IMG/VR virus record: IMGVR_UViG_3300031857_000053
Span: 32,001-96,000 of that record
Strand: one strand, 5' to 3'
Length of the DNA stretch: 64,000 nucleotides
From: a virus
The notes beneath the pieces are model-generated. The model was not told the DNA's origin, made no database searches, and worked only from the letters and a program-made list of their open reading frames with translations. How positions within the stretch are numbered: the first letter of the stretch is position 1; each line of letters opens with the position of its first letter. Both the position numbers and the translations under genes were made by a program. Shown piece by piece: positions 47,754 to 57,346 of this stretch.

Positions 47754-49235
47754 TTATTTTACGGCCATCTTGATAACTTCAGGATTAACCATTATCTTTT
47801 GAAACTTTTGTTTGTTACCATTTAAGATTTTCTTTACCATATGATATTTTAAATCATTAGTAAATAGATCTGGTTCAGTTACTAGGAAAGTGATTCTATC
47901 AATAATCTTTTGTGTAATACTATTCTTCTCAGCATAGAATAAACTATAGTTGATAATTCTTGTAGCCATGATTGCAGCAATATCTGCGCGATAGTTATCT
48001 CCACTACCAATAGATGACATGAGCTTATCACTAATTGTTTTATTATTATCACCAAGTAAGATCTCTTTTGGCTCAATTAATTTATCAAGTTTATTATGAA
48101 TAAAGCTTGTAAACATTGTAGTAAATTCTGTACCAACACTACCTTCTCCAATATTCTGAATTAGTGGTAGATTGTTTTCAAAATCTTTAATTGAGCTAAT
48201 CGAGTTATAGAAGTTTACAATACTACGAGCATTGGTATTATGTGTAACAAGTTCTGGGTGCATCAACATAAAATTGATACAACGAGTATCTATCTGATCA
48301 TTCTCAGCCCATGTTCCCCATACTTCCATATCAAACTTTAGATTAACACTAATGAATCTGGTTCTTTGCGCAGTGTCAATACTGTTTACTAAATAGTCTC
48401 CATTATCTGGATTAGCGGTTAAAACAATATGCCAATCTTTTGGTAACTTCCAAGAGATATATTCTTGTCTATCTACAAGCTCCATTACAGCTTGGATAAA
48501 TCTTACATCTGCTCTATTCCAGTCATCAAGAATTAGGATACCACCACCTTGCTTATCAGCAATCCACTCTGGTGGGCAATAACTCATTCTCTTTTTTCCG
48601 GTAAACTTATATCCTCTTTTTACATATTCATCAATAGCTTGTTCATCAATCCATAGATAGTCTCCTTCTTCAGCACTTGGTTCTTCAATAACAGATACTA
48701 TTTCATCAACGGTCTCTATAACTTCAACCTCTTCTTCTACTTCGCGCTCAACTTCTACTTCTTTTGGAACCATCTTTGCAATCTTAGTTTCAACTTCTTT
48801 GGTAACAAATTTGCCATTTTCAAGTACTTGTTTCTTAGAAATCTGTACATCAAACTCTTCTACCATTTGAGTCTCAAGTTCTGTAATCATTTTCTTTACA
48901 ACTTTCTTTACCATACGAGTAGTTGGTGCACTTACTTTCTTTACAGCAGGAGCTACTTGAATAGATCCTTCTTTAGACAATTGAAATTGTCTTACAGGAA
49001 ATCCTACAAGATCTCCTAACTCTTCTATCTGTGCTAAGTTTAACTTTACACAGTTTAAACCTGTCTCGTTTGCTAATTGCAATATAGAACTTGTCTTACC
49101 AATACCTGAATCACCGATTACTTCTACGGCTACTGGTTTCTTTCCAGAAGCTTGAAGAAATCTATTGTTACTAATAATGTGATTCATGAAGCTTTTTAGA
49201 TCTTCAATGTTTAAGTTTACTTGATTATTATTCAT
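47754..49235 (-). CDS. MoxR-like AAA+ ATPase with large insertion
   Basis: Walker A GDSGIGKT, Walker B ILILDDWNRA, sensor I LTANP, Arg finger AQRTRF; adjacent to a vWA gene. Confidence 0.85.
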   Translation of the reverse strand: MNNNQVNLNIEDLKSFMNHIISNNRFLQASGKKPVAVEVIGDSGIGKTSSILQLANETGLNCVKLNLAQIEELGDLVGFPVRQFQLSKEGSIQVAPAVKKVSAPTTRMVKKVVKKMITELETQMVEEFDVQISKKQVLENGKFVTKEVETKIAKMVPKEVEVEREVEEEVEVIETVDEIVSVIEEPSAEEGDYLWIDEQAIDEYVKRGYKFTGKKRMSYCPPEWIADKQGGGILILDDWNRADVRFIQAVMELVDRQEYISWKLPKDWHIVLTANPDNGDYLVNSIDTAQRTRFISVNLKFDMEVWGTWAENDQIDTRCINFMLMHPELVTHNTNARSIVNFYNSISSIKDFENNLPLIQNIGEGSVGTEFTTMFTSFIHNKLDKLIEPKEILLGDNNKTISDKLMSSIGSGDNYRADIAAIMATRIINYSLFYAEKNSITQKIIDRITFLVTEPDLFTNDLKYHMVKKILNGNKQKFQKIMVNPEVIKMAVK

Positions 49236-49237
49236 TT

Positions 49238-50449
49238 TTAGTTTAATTTAATTGTTACACCTGGTAGGTGATCTGTTTCTTTTGATTTACTTGATAATAC
49301 CCATAATACTTTATTTGCTTTAGTAGAGGGAGCGGGTGCTTCTCCATCTGTAAGATAGATTAAACAAGAATATTTTTTAGTATTCTCTGCATAATAATCC
49401 ATAACAGGATCAAAACTAGTTCCTCCTCGGCCATATATTTTCTTTTCAGCTTTTGGATTATACTTTTCAATCTTTTGTATAGCAACATCAGCATGTGCAA
49501 CAGTAACTTCAGCACCTGTTTTAAAGATATGATGGATCTCTTGCATAAACTCAGTGAGCTCATCATCACTAACTGATCCTGAAGTGTCAACACCTACAAG
49601 AACATGCTTTTTATATTTTATCTTCAGACCTGGATTATCTTCATATCTTTTATTGAATTTTCTCCGTGTCTTTTTAGTGTAGGTTTTGATATTACCACCA
49701 GCAAATCTTCTAAGGTAACCTCTCCAATCAAACTTAGGTGGTTCCGTATAATTAATTTCATCTAGTATATTACATATCTCACCTGGGATTGTTCCTCTAC
49801 TTTTTTCTATCTGTTCTTTTAACTCATTTAAAAGAGTTTGAGTATGTTTATTTAGAAGCTTCTTTGTAGCTTCATCCATAGGTTTACCATCTTTATTTTC
49901 CCAGTCATGTTGTGGTAGATTTACTTCTGTTTCATCTCCATTCCCATCGCTTAACACTATTGTTACTCCTTGAGACTCTAACATTGAATTTAGATTAGGA
50001 CAACTTTTATTCTTTGAAGCTTTCATAAGCTCATCATAATAATAGTGTGTACCTTTTTTCTTTTCTAGATTTAACTCAGGAAATAAACTAAGGAGCATGC
50101 CACCCGGAGGTAACCAATCTTCATCTATATACTGATTAATTTCTAAATCCATTGCTATGTTTCTTACTTTAGCATCTCTTAATCCTTCATAGTTGGTAAG
50201 GTGAAAGAAAGCAATATGTAATAGCTCATGTTTTAATAATCCTTTTCTATGGTCACTTGATAAAGTTTTCCAAAACTCAGGATTAATTTCAAGATTATAT
50301 GTAATACCATTTATATATACACCAGCTGTTTCTAGCTTATTATTAAACTTTCTTTGTAACATAATTAAGAATAGTCCATAGAAAGGTTCCTTAAGCATAA
50401 GGTCTTTAGATGTCTTTGCTAAACTATCTACTAGTTCTTGATTTGTCAT
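49238..50449 (-). CDS. HExxH metallopeptidase-like plus vWA domain protein (DUF2201-like)
   Basis: LKHELLH, NIAMDLEIN, MIDAS DTSGS, GRGGT and YLTDG. Confidence 0.85.
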   Translation of the reverse strand: MTNQELVDSLAKTSKDLMLKEPFYGLFLIMLQRKFNNKLETAGVYINGITYNLEINPEFWKTLSSDHRKGLLKHELLHIAFFHLTNYEGLRDAKVRNIAMDLEINQYIDEDWLPPGGMLLSLFPELNLEKKKGTHYYYDELMKASKNKSCPNLNSMLESQGVTIVLSDGNGDETEVNLPQHDWENKDGKPMDEATKKLLNKHTQTLLNELKEQIEKSRGTIPGEICNILDEINYTEPPKFDWRGYLRRFAGGNIKTYTKKTRRKFNKRYEDNPGLKIKYKKHVLVGVDTSGSVSDDELTEFMQEIHHIFKTGAEVTVAHADVAIQKIEKYNPKAEKKIYGRGGTSFDPVMDYYAENTKKYSCLIYLTDGEAPAPSTKANKVLWVLSSKSKETDHLPGVTIKLN

Positions 50450-50853
50450 TATATTTTAATTTTAATTTTTATATCTTCAATAAAAACCCAACCTAATCCA
50501 GCACTATTTATAAAAGATTTTTTAATTATTTCTTCTATTTCTTCAGTAAATAATTTTATTTTTTCTTTTGAAAAATATCCAGGAACAATTTCATCTTTAT
50601 TCTTCATAAAATCATATATAGCTTTTAGATTCATTTGAATATCTAGATTTTCTTTTTTCAAAATACTCATAAGATTAGGCGCATGAGTAGTCCAATATTT
50701 AGCATTAAGATTTGCTTTTCTTTTTATTAATAATATTTGTAATAAATTTTCTTCTATATCACAATTATTAATTAATGTTAATCCTACTATATAACTTTCT
50801 TCATCATTGCCATATAAGAGTTCTTCTATTTTTTTTAATGTTTCTTTTTCCAT
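50449..50853 (-). CDS. Hypothetical protein with a variant of the same ML.S.D motif
   Basis: 134-aa ORF starting with KIEELLYGNDEESYIVGLTLINNCD; TAATG-coupled to both neighbours. Confidence 0.65.
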   Translation of the reverse strand: MEKETLKKIEELLYGNDEESYIVGLTLINNCDIEENLLQILLIKRKANLNAKYWTTHAPNLMSILKKENLDIQMNLKAIYDFMKNKDEIVPGYFSKEKIKLFTEEIEEIIKKSFINSAGLGWVFIEDIKIKIKI

Positions 50854-51194
50854 TAATCTTCTAGGTTTAATGTTTTAATCATCCACAGTTCAGGTTTTTC
50901 TAAACCTTTTAACCATTCTTTTGCTGAAGGAATATATCCATTACAATCTTCTTTTACATGTTGTTCACCAACATAGCGAGTGTATACTGTTTTACCTTCA
51001 CTATTCTTAAAGCTTTTTCCAAATACTCTTTCACATTCGAAGATACCTTCTGAGTGATGACGAAAGAGTCTGTGATTAGAGTGACCTATCCAAGCTTTAG
51101 TTTCATCAAACCAATTATGGATATCTATATAATCTTCGGGTATACCTCCGAATTTTTTTACAGAACTTTTACAGTGTACTAATGGATGTGCCAT
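50853..51194 (-). CDS. DUF6915-like His-rich protein
   Basis: MAHP..H..SS.KKFGG..EDY..IH.WFDETK, HR..RHH.EGIF and GEQHV.ED motifs. Confidence 0.7.
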   Translation of the reverse strand: MAHPLVHCKSSVKKFGGIPEDYIDIHNWFDETKAWIGHSNHRLFRHHSEGIFECERVFGKSFKNSEGKTVYTRYVGEQHVKEDCNGYIPSAKEWLKGLEKPELWMIKTLNLED

Positions 51195-51196
51195 AA

Positions 51197-51619
51197 TTAA
51201 TCTTCTATTTTACCTTCTGAGGAACAATCATGTATATCGGTATATCTAGTATAATGATAAGAGTCATAGGAACTATCTTCTGTTGAGATATATAATTGAC
51301 CATATCCACCATCATTATTACACCAGTCTTCTAAATCATTTAGTACTTTATTATATGCTTGATTTGCTATTAAATTATATAATTCTGTATCTAATTCTAT
51401 TCGATCTTCTATATCGTAACAAGTATTATAACTAATTACATTTTCTAAATCTCTAGGTATTGGAATTATGTCTTCAATATCTCCACTATCTCCACTACCA
51501 TCATATACTATACATATATGAGAATAACCTTGGGCTGCAAGGTTAAATAAAATGTGACTAAATGTGCTATCTAAAGGGATTGTTACATTAAGTTTTTCTT
51601 TTTTTTCTGTTGTCTCCAT
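51197..51619 (-). CDS. DUF6878-like acidic protein
   Basis: YDGSGDSGDIE and DWCNNDGGYG motifs. Start reassigned to METTEKK (51619) to avoid overlap with the upstream gene. Confidence 0.65.
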   Translation of the reverse strand: METTEKKEKLNVTIPLDSTFSHILFNLAAQGYSHICIVYDGSGDSGDIEDIIPIPRDLENVISYNTCYDIEDRIELDTELYNLIANQAYNKVLNDLEDWCNNDGGYGQLYISTEDSSYDSYHYTRYTDIHDCSSEGKIED

Positions 51620-51629
51620 AGTTATTATA

Positions 51630-52142
51630 TTATAAATTATTTCTTCTAGCATATTCTGCCATTAATACTGCGTCTATTAAACCATCGTGAGGAACTGTGG
51701 ATCTATCTCCAAAAGTTAATTTAAGCTCAGGAAAAATCCTTTTAATAGCCATTAAAGCCATTGCTTTAGTATCTCTTACTTGTTTCTTTCCTGTCTTACT
51801 TGATTTGGTAATTTGATCAATACCTTGAAACATTTGTTTTTGCCAATCTACTGCTCTTACTTTAGTGTAAGGTATACTTTGACAAATACAACTCATTTCT
51901 ACAGCACCGGATTGTTCACCCATAGAAAATGCTGTTTGCTTTGAGCTACCAAAGATTACTCCTAGCTTTTCAAATACAACATATGATTGATATCCTACTT
52001 GATTTAATGCACCGGGTATAGAAGAATAATCAAGTTCTGTTTTAATCATTGGCATTTTTTCTACTATTATTTTACCATCAGGAAATATAGAAGCTATTGC
52101 TCCGTGTTTTCCTATATCGATTCCGATATATACTTTACTCAT
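51630..52142 (-). CDS. ruvC: RuvC-like Holliday junction resolvase
   Basis: YIGIDIG..GAI, VFEK, WQK and DG..DA.L.A.Y RNase H-fold catalytic residues. Confidence 0.8.
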   Translation of the reverse strand: MSKVYIGIDIGKHGAIASIFPDGKIIVEKMPMIKTELDYSSIPGALNQVGYQSYVVFEKLGVIFGSSKQTAFSMGEQSGAVEMSCICQSIPYTKVRAVDWQKQMFQGIDQITKSSKTGKKQVRDTKAMALMAIKRIFPELKLTFGDRSTVPHDGLIDAVLMAEYARRNNL

Positions 52143-52147
52143 AGTTT

Positions 52148-53143
52148 TTATTTAATATTTAGTGTCTCTCTTAGCATAGGAGTTATTATACTTTTTACTT
52201 CTTCTATACCTATTTTTTTAACAGCATCTGACAAATCTTTTTCTATCTCTAGATGAAGAAATGGGATGTTGTATTTTTCTTTATACTTATTCATAGCTTT
52301 TATACCTGCTTCATCATTGTCGAAAAGAGTACAAATATTTTTATACTTATGTTTATAAGCTTCAATAACTTGTTCTCCAATTAAAGTATTCTCGCTATCT
52401 GGTGCAACACACTCTACATTATTATATCCAAGAGCTCTAAGAGACATCATATCTTTAAGTGAACTACATATTACAAGATATTCTGCTTGATAAGTTAGTT
52501 GTTCAGTTCCCTGGATATATTCTTTTATCTTAATAAACTTGCTATCTTTTACTTTAGGTTGATAGATCTTATATAAAGTTCCATCAGTTCTAAAATATCC
52601 ATAGATAAAACTTCCTTTGATATTTAGTTCTTTTGTTTCACCATCTTCTTCTTTAATCATCTTATAAGAGTCTAATGCAGAAACATCATAAAATTTCAAG
52701 AGCTTTGATCCTATACCATAACTCATCCAATAGTTTTTATCTAAAGTGTTCCATCCCCGTGTAGTAAATTCTTTTACTTGATATCGAGTTCTTACTTTAA
52801 ATTCTCTTAGGTTATAATCTTCTTGGTTATTTAGAGACCATTGATTATAATCTTCTATTATTTTATGTGCTGCTTCACCACGATCTTTTAGATTAAAGAT
52901 CAATTCTACTAATCTAATTGCATCACCCGATTTATCCTGAGAGGAAAAATCTTTAAACTTATAGCTACCTGCTGAACTTGCATAATAAATAAACATCGAG
53001 GGATTCTTTTCCCCCGGATTAAATATCGATGCAATCTTTACATCTTGTCCAGTTAATTTTTCATCTAGCTTTAAGTAATATTCAAAGACCCATTCTCTAG
53101 GTATTTCTGTTAGTTTTGATATGAGGGATTTGGTTCTTAACAT
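52148..53143 (-). CDS. dnaG: DNA primase (TOPRIM, crAss-like)
   Basis: S.F....NPSM..Y....FKDFS N-terminal domain; ICSSLKD, FDNDEAG and KDLSD TOPRIM motifs. Confidence 0.85.
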   Translation of the reverse strand: MLRTKSLISKLTEIPREWVFEYYLKLDEKLTGQDVKIASIFNPGEKNPSMFIYYASSAGSYKFKDFSSQDKSGDAIRLVELIFNLKDRGEAAHKIIEDYNQWSLNNQEDYNLREFKVRTRYQVKEFTTRGWNTLDKNYWMSYGIGSKLLKFYDVSALDSYKMIKEEDGETKELNIKGSFIYGYFRTDGTLYKIYQPKVKDSKFIKIKEYIQGTEQLTYQAEYLVICSSLKDMMSLRALGYNNVECVAPDSENTLIGEQVIEAYKHKYKNICTLFDNDEAGIKAMNKYKEKYNIPFLHLEIEKDLSDAVKKIGIEEVKSIITPMLRETLNIK

Positions 53144-53145
53144 AA

Positions 53146-53173
53146 ATAAAAAAGGGAGACTCTCGCCTCCCCG
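53146..53173 (-). terminator. Intrinsic terminator after ssb
   Basis: The - strand reads GGGAGGC-GAGA-GTCTCCC-TTTTTT (GNRA tetraloop plus U-tract). Confidence 0.8.
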
Positions 53174-53189
53174 CTTATTTGATTAAACA

Positions 53190-53858
53190 TTATAGTTTGA
53201 ATCCACCTGTTGAATCATCATTAGATCCGAAGTCAGGAAGATTTTCTTCTTTCTTTTTTCTTATGTGATCAGCTTCTTTGAACTTTATTAGTTTGGTCTG
53301 TGGTTTAATAGCAGATTCAAACGGAACACCAGTCTTAGAATACTTTGGTAGAAAAAGATCATAAGAAGTATAACCTTCTTTATTAAGATATTCTTTTGCA
53401 GCTAAACAAATATTTAACCATTTATCTTTAAATACTTTATCGTCATTAAACTTTTCAACTAAAGAATTAATTGTTTTATGTTTACCATCTTGACTATCTA
53501 GCCAACTATCTAATCCTATTTCATTACAAAGATTTTTCAAGAATTTTAAGATCTCTGTATCTCTGTTAATTTTAATACCGCTTTTAGTTTCACCATCAAC
53601 ATAAGCCCATTCACTTGCTCTTACCTTTCCTACTTGTCCTTTGTGACGACCTAAAGATTCATTATCTTTATTAATCCAAAAACCTTCGAAATCATCTCCT
53701 TGGTTTTCTCCTTCGAGATGAAGTATAAGATTTAAGGCTCCTGGTTTGAACTTAAATTCTTCTAGCGTTACCGCATTAATTTTAACTTTTAAATTTCCTG
53801 GTTGTAGAGTCTTCGGTGTACCACCGCCTCCTGTTTTGATGTCTTTTGTGCTTAACAT
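53190..53858 (-). CDS. ssb: Putative single-stranded DNA-binding protein
   Basis: Between the Sak4-like ATPase and primase; OB-fold-like beta pattern; acidic/aromatic C-terminal tail; own terminator. Confidence 0.6.
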   Translation of the reverse strand: MLSTKDIKTGGGGTPKTLQPGNLKVKINAVTLEEFKFKPGALNLILHLEGENQGDDFEGFWINKDNESLGRHKGQVGKVRASEWAYVDGETKSGIKINRDTEILKFLKNLCNEIGLDSWLDSQDGKHKTINSLVEKFNDDKVFKDKWLNICLAAKEYLNKEGYTSYDLFLPKYSKTGVPFESAIKPQTKLIKFKEADHIRKKKEENLPDFGSNDDSTGGFKL

Positions 53859-53873
53859 TTTTTTTAATTTTAA

Positions 53874-54635
53874 TTAGTCAATATAAATTTTATCCCAATA
53901 AGTTATTAATCCTTCATCTGTCATCTCAGAGACAACAATTTCTTTGTTCCGTAAATGTTCTGGTCTTGCTCCACAAGATACTTCATCTGTAGTTTTAAAA
54001 CTCAAAATATTTTGATCACCTTTTCTGTAAAGATAACCAATAGCATCAGATTGTGAACTGGTAATTCTTTTAAGTTTACCTGTTAGATCTAGATCCATAC
54101 TATTAAAATCAGTTCCATTTTTCTCTAATAATACATCTTTGATATGTCCTATTAGAATTATTCTTGGAGCTAATGTTTTAATATACTCTATGATCTTGGT
54201 AAAAGCTTCTCTTAGCCATGGATATCCTGCTCCGTTGGGCATATTAAGTATTGTTCCATACTTAGGTTTCCCTTCTGTGAGCCAATTCTTTCCCATTGGT
54301 GTAGCTTGATATAACTTTTCAGCATAAGGAAGACACATTTCTTCTAAAGCAGTAATAGTATCTACCGCAATATATTTATATGGATTTCCACTTGCTTTGA
54401 TTTCTTCTCCGTAATCTCTTATATCTTCCCAACTATTGATTTCTACCTTGAGTGCGTCTAAATACTTGGTTCCTTTTTCAAGATCCATTATTAAACAATT
54501 ATCAAGTTGAGAAAATAAACTTGTTTTACCAACTTTTGGCTTGGAGAATATAATAAGATTAGAAGGACTCTTTTGAGAAGCTGCTATCTTTGCTTTTGGT
54601 AATTCTATTACCCGTTTTTTTTCTTTTTCACTCAT
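53874..54635 (-). CDS. AAA_24/Sak4-like ATPase (recombination)
   Basis: FSKPKVGKTS, DLEKG, IAVDTIT, GAGY..LRE, LIGH and DAIGY motifs. Confidence 0.8.
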   Translation of the reverse strand: MSEKEKKRVIELPKAKIAASQKSPSNLIIFSKPKVGKTSLFSQLDNCLIMDLEKGTKYLDALKVEINSWEDIRDYGEEIKASGNPYKYIAVDTITALEEMCLPYAEKLYQATPMGKNWLTEGKPKYGTILNMPNGAGYPWLREAFTKIIEYIKTLAPRIILIGHIKDVLLEKNGTDFNSMDLDLTGKLKRITSSQSDAIGYLYRKGDQNILSFKTTDEVSCGARPEHLRNKEIVVSEMTDEGLITYWDKIYID

Positions 54636-55165
54636 GATTTATTGATTAGATTATTTAGCCAATTTTTATTGCTGATTGGTTTCTTCCACATAATAGCTGC
54701 ATAATCTCTTATTGTAATCTCATTCATAGAAGCATCTTCATCAGCATTAGCAAAGCTAAATTCTTTAACCTTACTTGTTTCTTTGTACTTTTGATCAATG
54801 ATTATTTCGGGTGCATTATTTTTCACTAAGATTAATTCTGATACTGGTATCATATATCTTACTGTACCATCTTTTTCTAAAGCTTCATACTCTTCTTGAT
54901 AATTAGGATTAAATCTCCATTTATAAAGAGTTCTTTCAGGATCTTCTGGTAATAGATCTGATGAAGTTAACTCTGTATATATATCCATACCTTTACCTAT
55001 TTCACTAGGAAAAAATCCTACGTGTTTTTCAGTAACTCCCGGATATTTATACGCAAGTTTTGGAATAAAATTAGGATCTGCAATACCTAATGATTTAAAA
55101 GTTTCTTGGTGAAAATCTTTAAGGGCTTTTAATCTTTCCCTTCTTTCTTCTGGGTTTAGACTCAT
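54632..55165 (-). CDS. Hypothetical phage protein
   Basis: 177-aa ORF with C-terminal TIRDYAAI....P.S...WLN.LI motif. Confidence 0.7.
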   Translation of the reverse strand: MSLNPEERRERLKALKDFHQETFKSLGIADPNFIPKLAYKYPGVTEKHVGFFPSEIGKGMDIYTELTSSDLLPEDPERTLYKWRFNPNYQEEYEALEKDGTVRYMIPVSELILVKNNAPEIIIDQKYKETSKVKEFSFANADEDASMNEITIRDYAAIMWKKPISNKNWLNNLINKS

Positions 55166-55167
55166 AG

Positions 55168-56172
55168 TTATACTTTTACATTTGTTACTATTCTTTTTTC
55201 TTGTGTTGGTGGTGTATCCATTTCACTAACTTTCATTCTATCAAACTCTGCTTTCATAAAGCTCAACCTTGTATCTCCATTTCTAGCTTTTAGAAAATGA
55301 AATACTAGAGTATTTATATCATCAATGATATAGCGATCGGGTCCATAAAATCTTATCTTTTGTTTACCTGGTCTATTAACTCCTACAACAGTGTCGGCAT
55401 GTTGCAATAGAGCATCAGCTCCATAGATATCAGAATCTAAAATATAGTTCCCATATTTACCATCTTCATTTCTTTCAGGTTTATCCATATTTCTATTAAG
55501 CTGACTAAGAATGATGAAAGCAATTGGATATTTTCTTTTGAGTGCTGTGAGTGCTTCTCCGAGTGCAAATAGTGTTTCGTGTTTGTCTTTTTCGAATGAT
55601 GCTTTGTTGATTAACAATGAGTGGTCAAGAGTGATAATTGTGTTGGTGTATTGCCTAAATATGTTTCCTTTCTCATCTTTTATTTGAGTTGAATGGGCTT
55701 CCATATACTCAGCAATTGTTTCACGGAACTCGTTAACAGTAAGTGATTCTTCTACTACATCTATTGGATATTTGGTCATGGTTTTAGCATAATCAAAACA
55801 CTTTACTAGATCTTCGTTTGTAATCTTACCATCTGCGCTACATAAATACTTGTAAGGTCTACCAACAAAAGCTGAGAAAGATCTCATTGCTGATACTCTT
55901 CCAACCATTTCTAAACTAAATTCTAGTACTCTAAAATTTTGATTAGGATTAAGGTTAAAAGATTCTCTGACGATCTGATCTTTTATTAGTGTCTTACCAG
56001 TACCTGGTCTAGCGCCTATGACTGTGGTCGAGTTCCATTCTATTCCATCAGCAATAGCATCATTGAATTTATACCAAGGTGTTTTAAGACTAGTAATTTT
56101 ACCGTCTCTTCTACCTTGCATATAGTCGATAGCTTGCTGATAAGAATTTTTAAGTTCTTTCCACTTTTTCAT
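55168..56172 (-). CDS. dnaB: Replicative SF4/DnaB-like helicase
   Basis: GARPGTGKT, FSLEM, LDH, ILSQLNR and KARNG. Start reassigned to MKKWKEL, which follows an A-rich leader. Confidence 0.88.
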   Translation of the reverse strand: MKKWKELKNSYQQAIDYMQGRRDGKITSLKTPWYKFNDAIADGIEWNSTTVIGARPGTGKTLIKDQIVRESFNLNPNQNFRVLEFSLEMVGRVSAMRSFSAFVGRPYKYLCSADGKITNEDLVKCFDYAKTMTKYPIDVVEESLTVNEFRETIAEYMEAHSTQIKDEKGNIFRQYTNTIITLDHSLLINKASFEKDKHETLFALGEALTALKRKYPIAFIILSQLNRNMDKPERNEDGKYGNYILDSDIYGADALLQHADTVVGVNRPGKQKIRFYGPDRYIIDDINTLVFHFLKARNGDTRLSFMKAEFDRMKVSEMDTPPTQEKRIVTNVKV

Positions 56173-56257
56173 TTTGTTTTTTTTAGAGGTGACTATTCCC
56201 CGGCTTGTTATTATCAAGCTTAACTAAGGGATCTAAAATTGCTGATTGAATTGTCTA

Positions 56258-56288
56258 CAAATCTAACATTGCTTTTTTATATTTCCAA
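56258..56288 (-). promoter_or_regulatory. Bacteroidota-type promoter for the helicase operon
   Basis: The - strand has TTG (56288-56286), a 20-nt spacer, then TAGATTTG (56265-56258), matching TAnnTTTG. Confidence 0.5.
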
Positions 56289-56360
56289 GAAAAAAAGGGA
56301 AATAATTTCTTACATATCTTACATAGATTTCAACACTAAGATATTAGAATATGGTCTTAG

Positions 56361-56993
56361 CTATACTACTTTATCTTTGAAACTTATTGGGGTTTCATCT
56401 TCCATATCTCCATCTTCTAATAGTGCACAATAATCAGCTAGATCCGAGCCAATTACATTACCATCTTTCTTTCTAATAAAATACATAGATGTTCTTGTGT
56501 ATTTATAATTTTCTTGCTCTTGTTTATCTAAGTAAAAAGCGGTTGCTTTAAGAACTGTTTCCCAGCTATATTCAAAATTTTCAAAAAACCATCTAAAGTT
56601 TTGTTCTAAATTATTTATAGAAGATCTAAGATATTTTCCGTGCCCACCTTTCTTTTTAGGAAAGGTATCATTATAAGTTTTTAAATTTTCTGTGTATTCT
56701 TTCCCCATTAACTGGCTACTTGTTTTCTTTTTATGGATTTTAAAATAGCTATCAACTTTTGCTATTAAACTAATAGCTTTTGGTTGGAGTTCATAAGAAA
56801 TGTTATCATCAGTAGAAATATTCTTTACCCAGAAATTATCTTCTAAAATTTTTAAATCTTGATGAACATTAATAATACTAGGAGATATACTTTCTTTCAT
56901 AGAACAGAGTAGATAGAACTGATTAGGAGTTATTTTCTCTATAACTATTTGATTAAAGAGTTCTAATATGTGTATTGATGTTTTTTCTTTCAT
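56361..56993 (-). CDS. Hypothetical protein, possible replication initiator/helicase loader
   Basis: 210-aa ORF just upstream of the helicase; wHTH-like N-terminus. Function inferred from position only. Confidence 0.5.
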   Translation of the reverse strand: MKEKTSIHILELFNQIVIEKITPNQFYLLCSMKESISPSIINVHQDLKILEDNFWVKNISTDDNISYELQPKAISLIAKVDSYFKIHKKKTSSQLMGKEYTENLKTYNDTFPKKKGGHGKYLRSSINNLEQNFRWFFENFEYSWETVLKATAFYLDKQEQENYKYTRTSMYFIRKKDGNVIGSDLADYCALLEDGDMEDETPISFKDKVV

Positions 56994-57002
56994 ATATTTT
57001 AG

Positions 57003-57011
57003 TATTTTTGG
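57003..57011 (+). promoter_or_regulatory. -7 promoter element TATTTTTGG
   Basis: 17 nt upstream of the isolated + strand gene pair; identical to the motifs at 12824 and 59532. Confidence 0.55.
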
Positions 57012-57028
57012 TTTTATAAAATCTTATT

Positions 57029-57346
57029 ATGTTTAAAGCTATTCATATACTCATTGTAATCTTACTAATTGTAATAGCAATATTATCATGGAAACTTATT
57101 AATGATTCAGATGAGGTTACTACAGAATTGGGTGATCAAAATCTTAAGGATTCTATTGCTGTTTTGAATGACAAACTTAATAAAAGTTTTGCTAAAGAAC
57201 TAGAATTAATAAAAGAAAATGATAGCTTAGAGTCGATTGAACAACAAGTAATATATAGAACCAATGAGAAAATTAAATTTATTTTTTCTACTACTGATCC
57301 TTCAGTACTCGACTCAATTATTCGCGCAGGTTGGAAAACCAAATAG
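57029..57346 (+). CDS. Membrane-anchored coiled-coil protein (i-spanin-like)
   Basis: N-terminal TM ILIVILLIVIAILSW followed by a coiled coil; overlaps the next gene by 83 nt. Confidence 0.55.
   Translation: MFKAIHILIVILLIVIAILSWKLINDSDEVTTELGDQNLKDSIAVLNDKLNKSFAKELELIKENDSLESIEQQVIYRTNEKIKFIFSTTDPSVLDSIIRAGWKTK

Noticed and set aside
42429-57342. Short ORFs overlapping replication genes (42429, 43229, 45402, 46952, 47882, 48828, 49360, 50438, 56239, 57136)
   Set aside because: They overlap well-supported genes and have no recognisable motifs or leaders.
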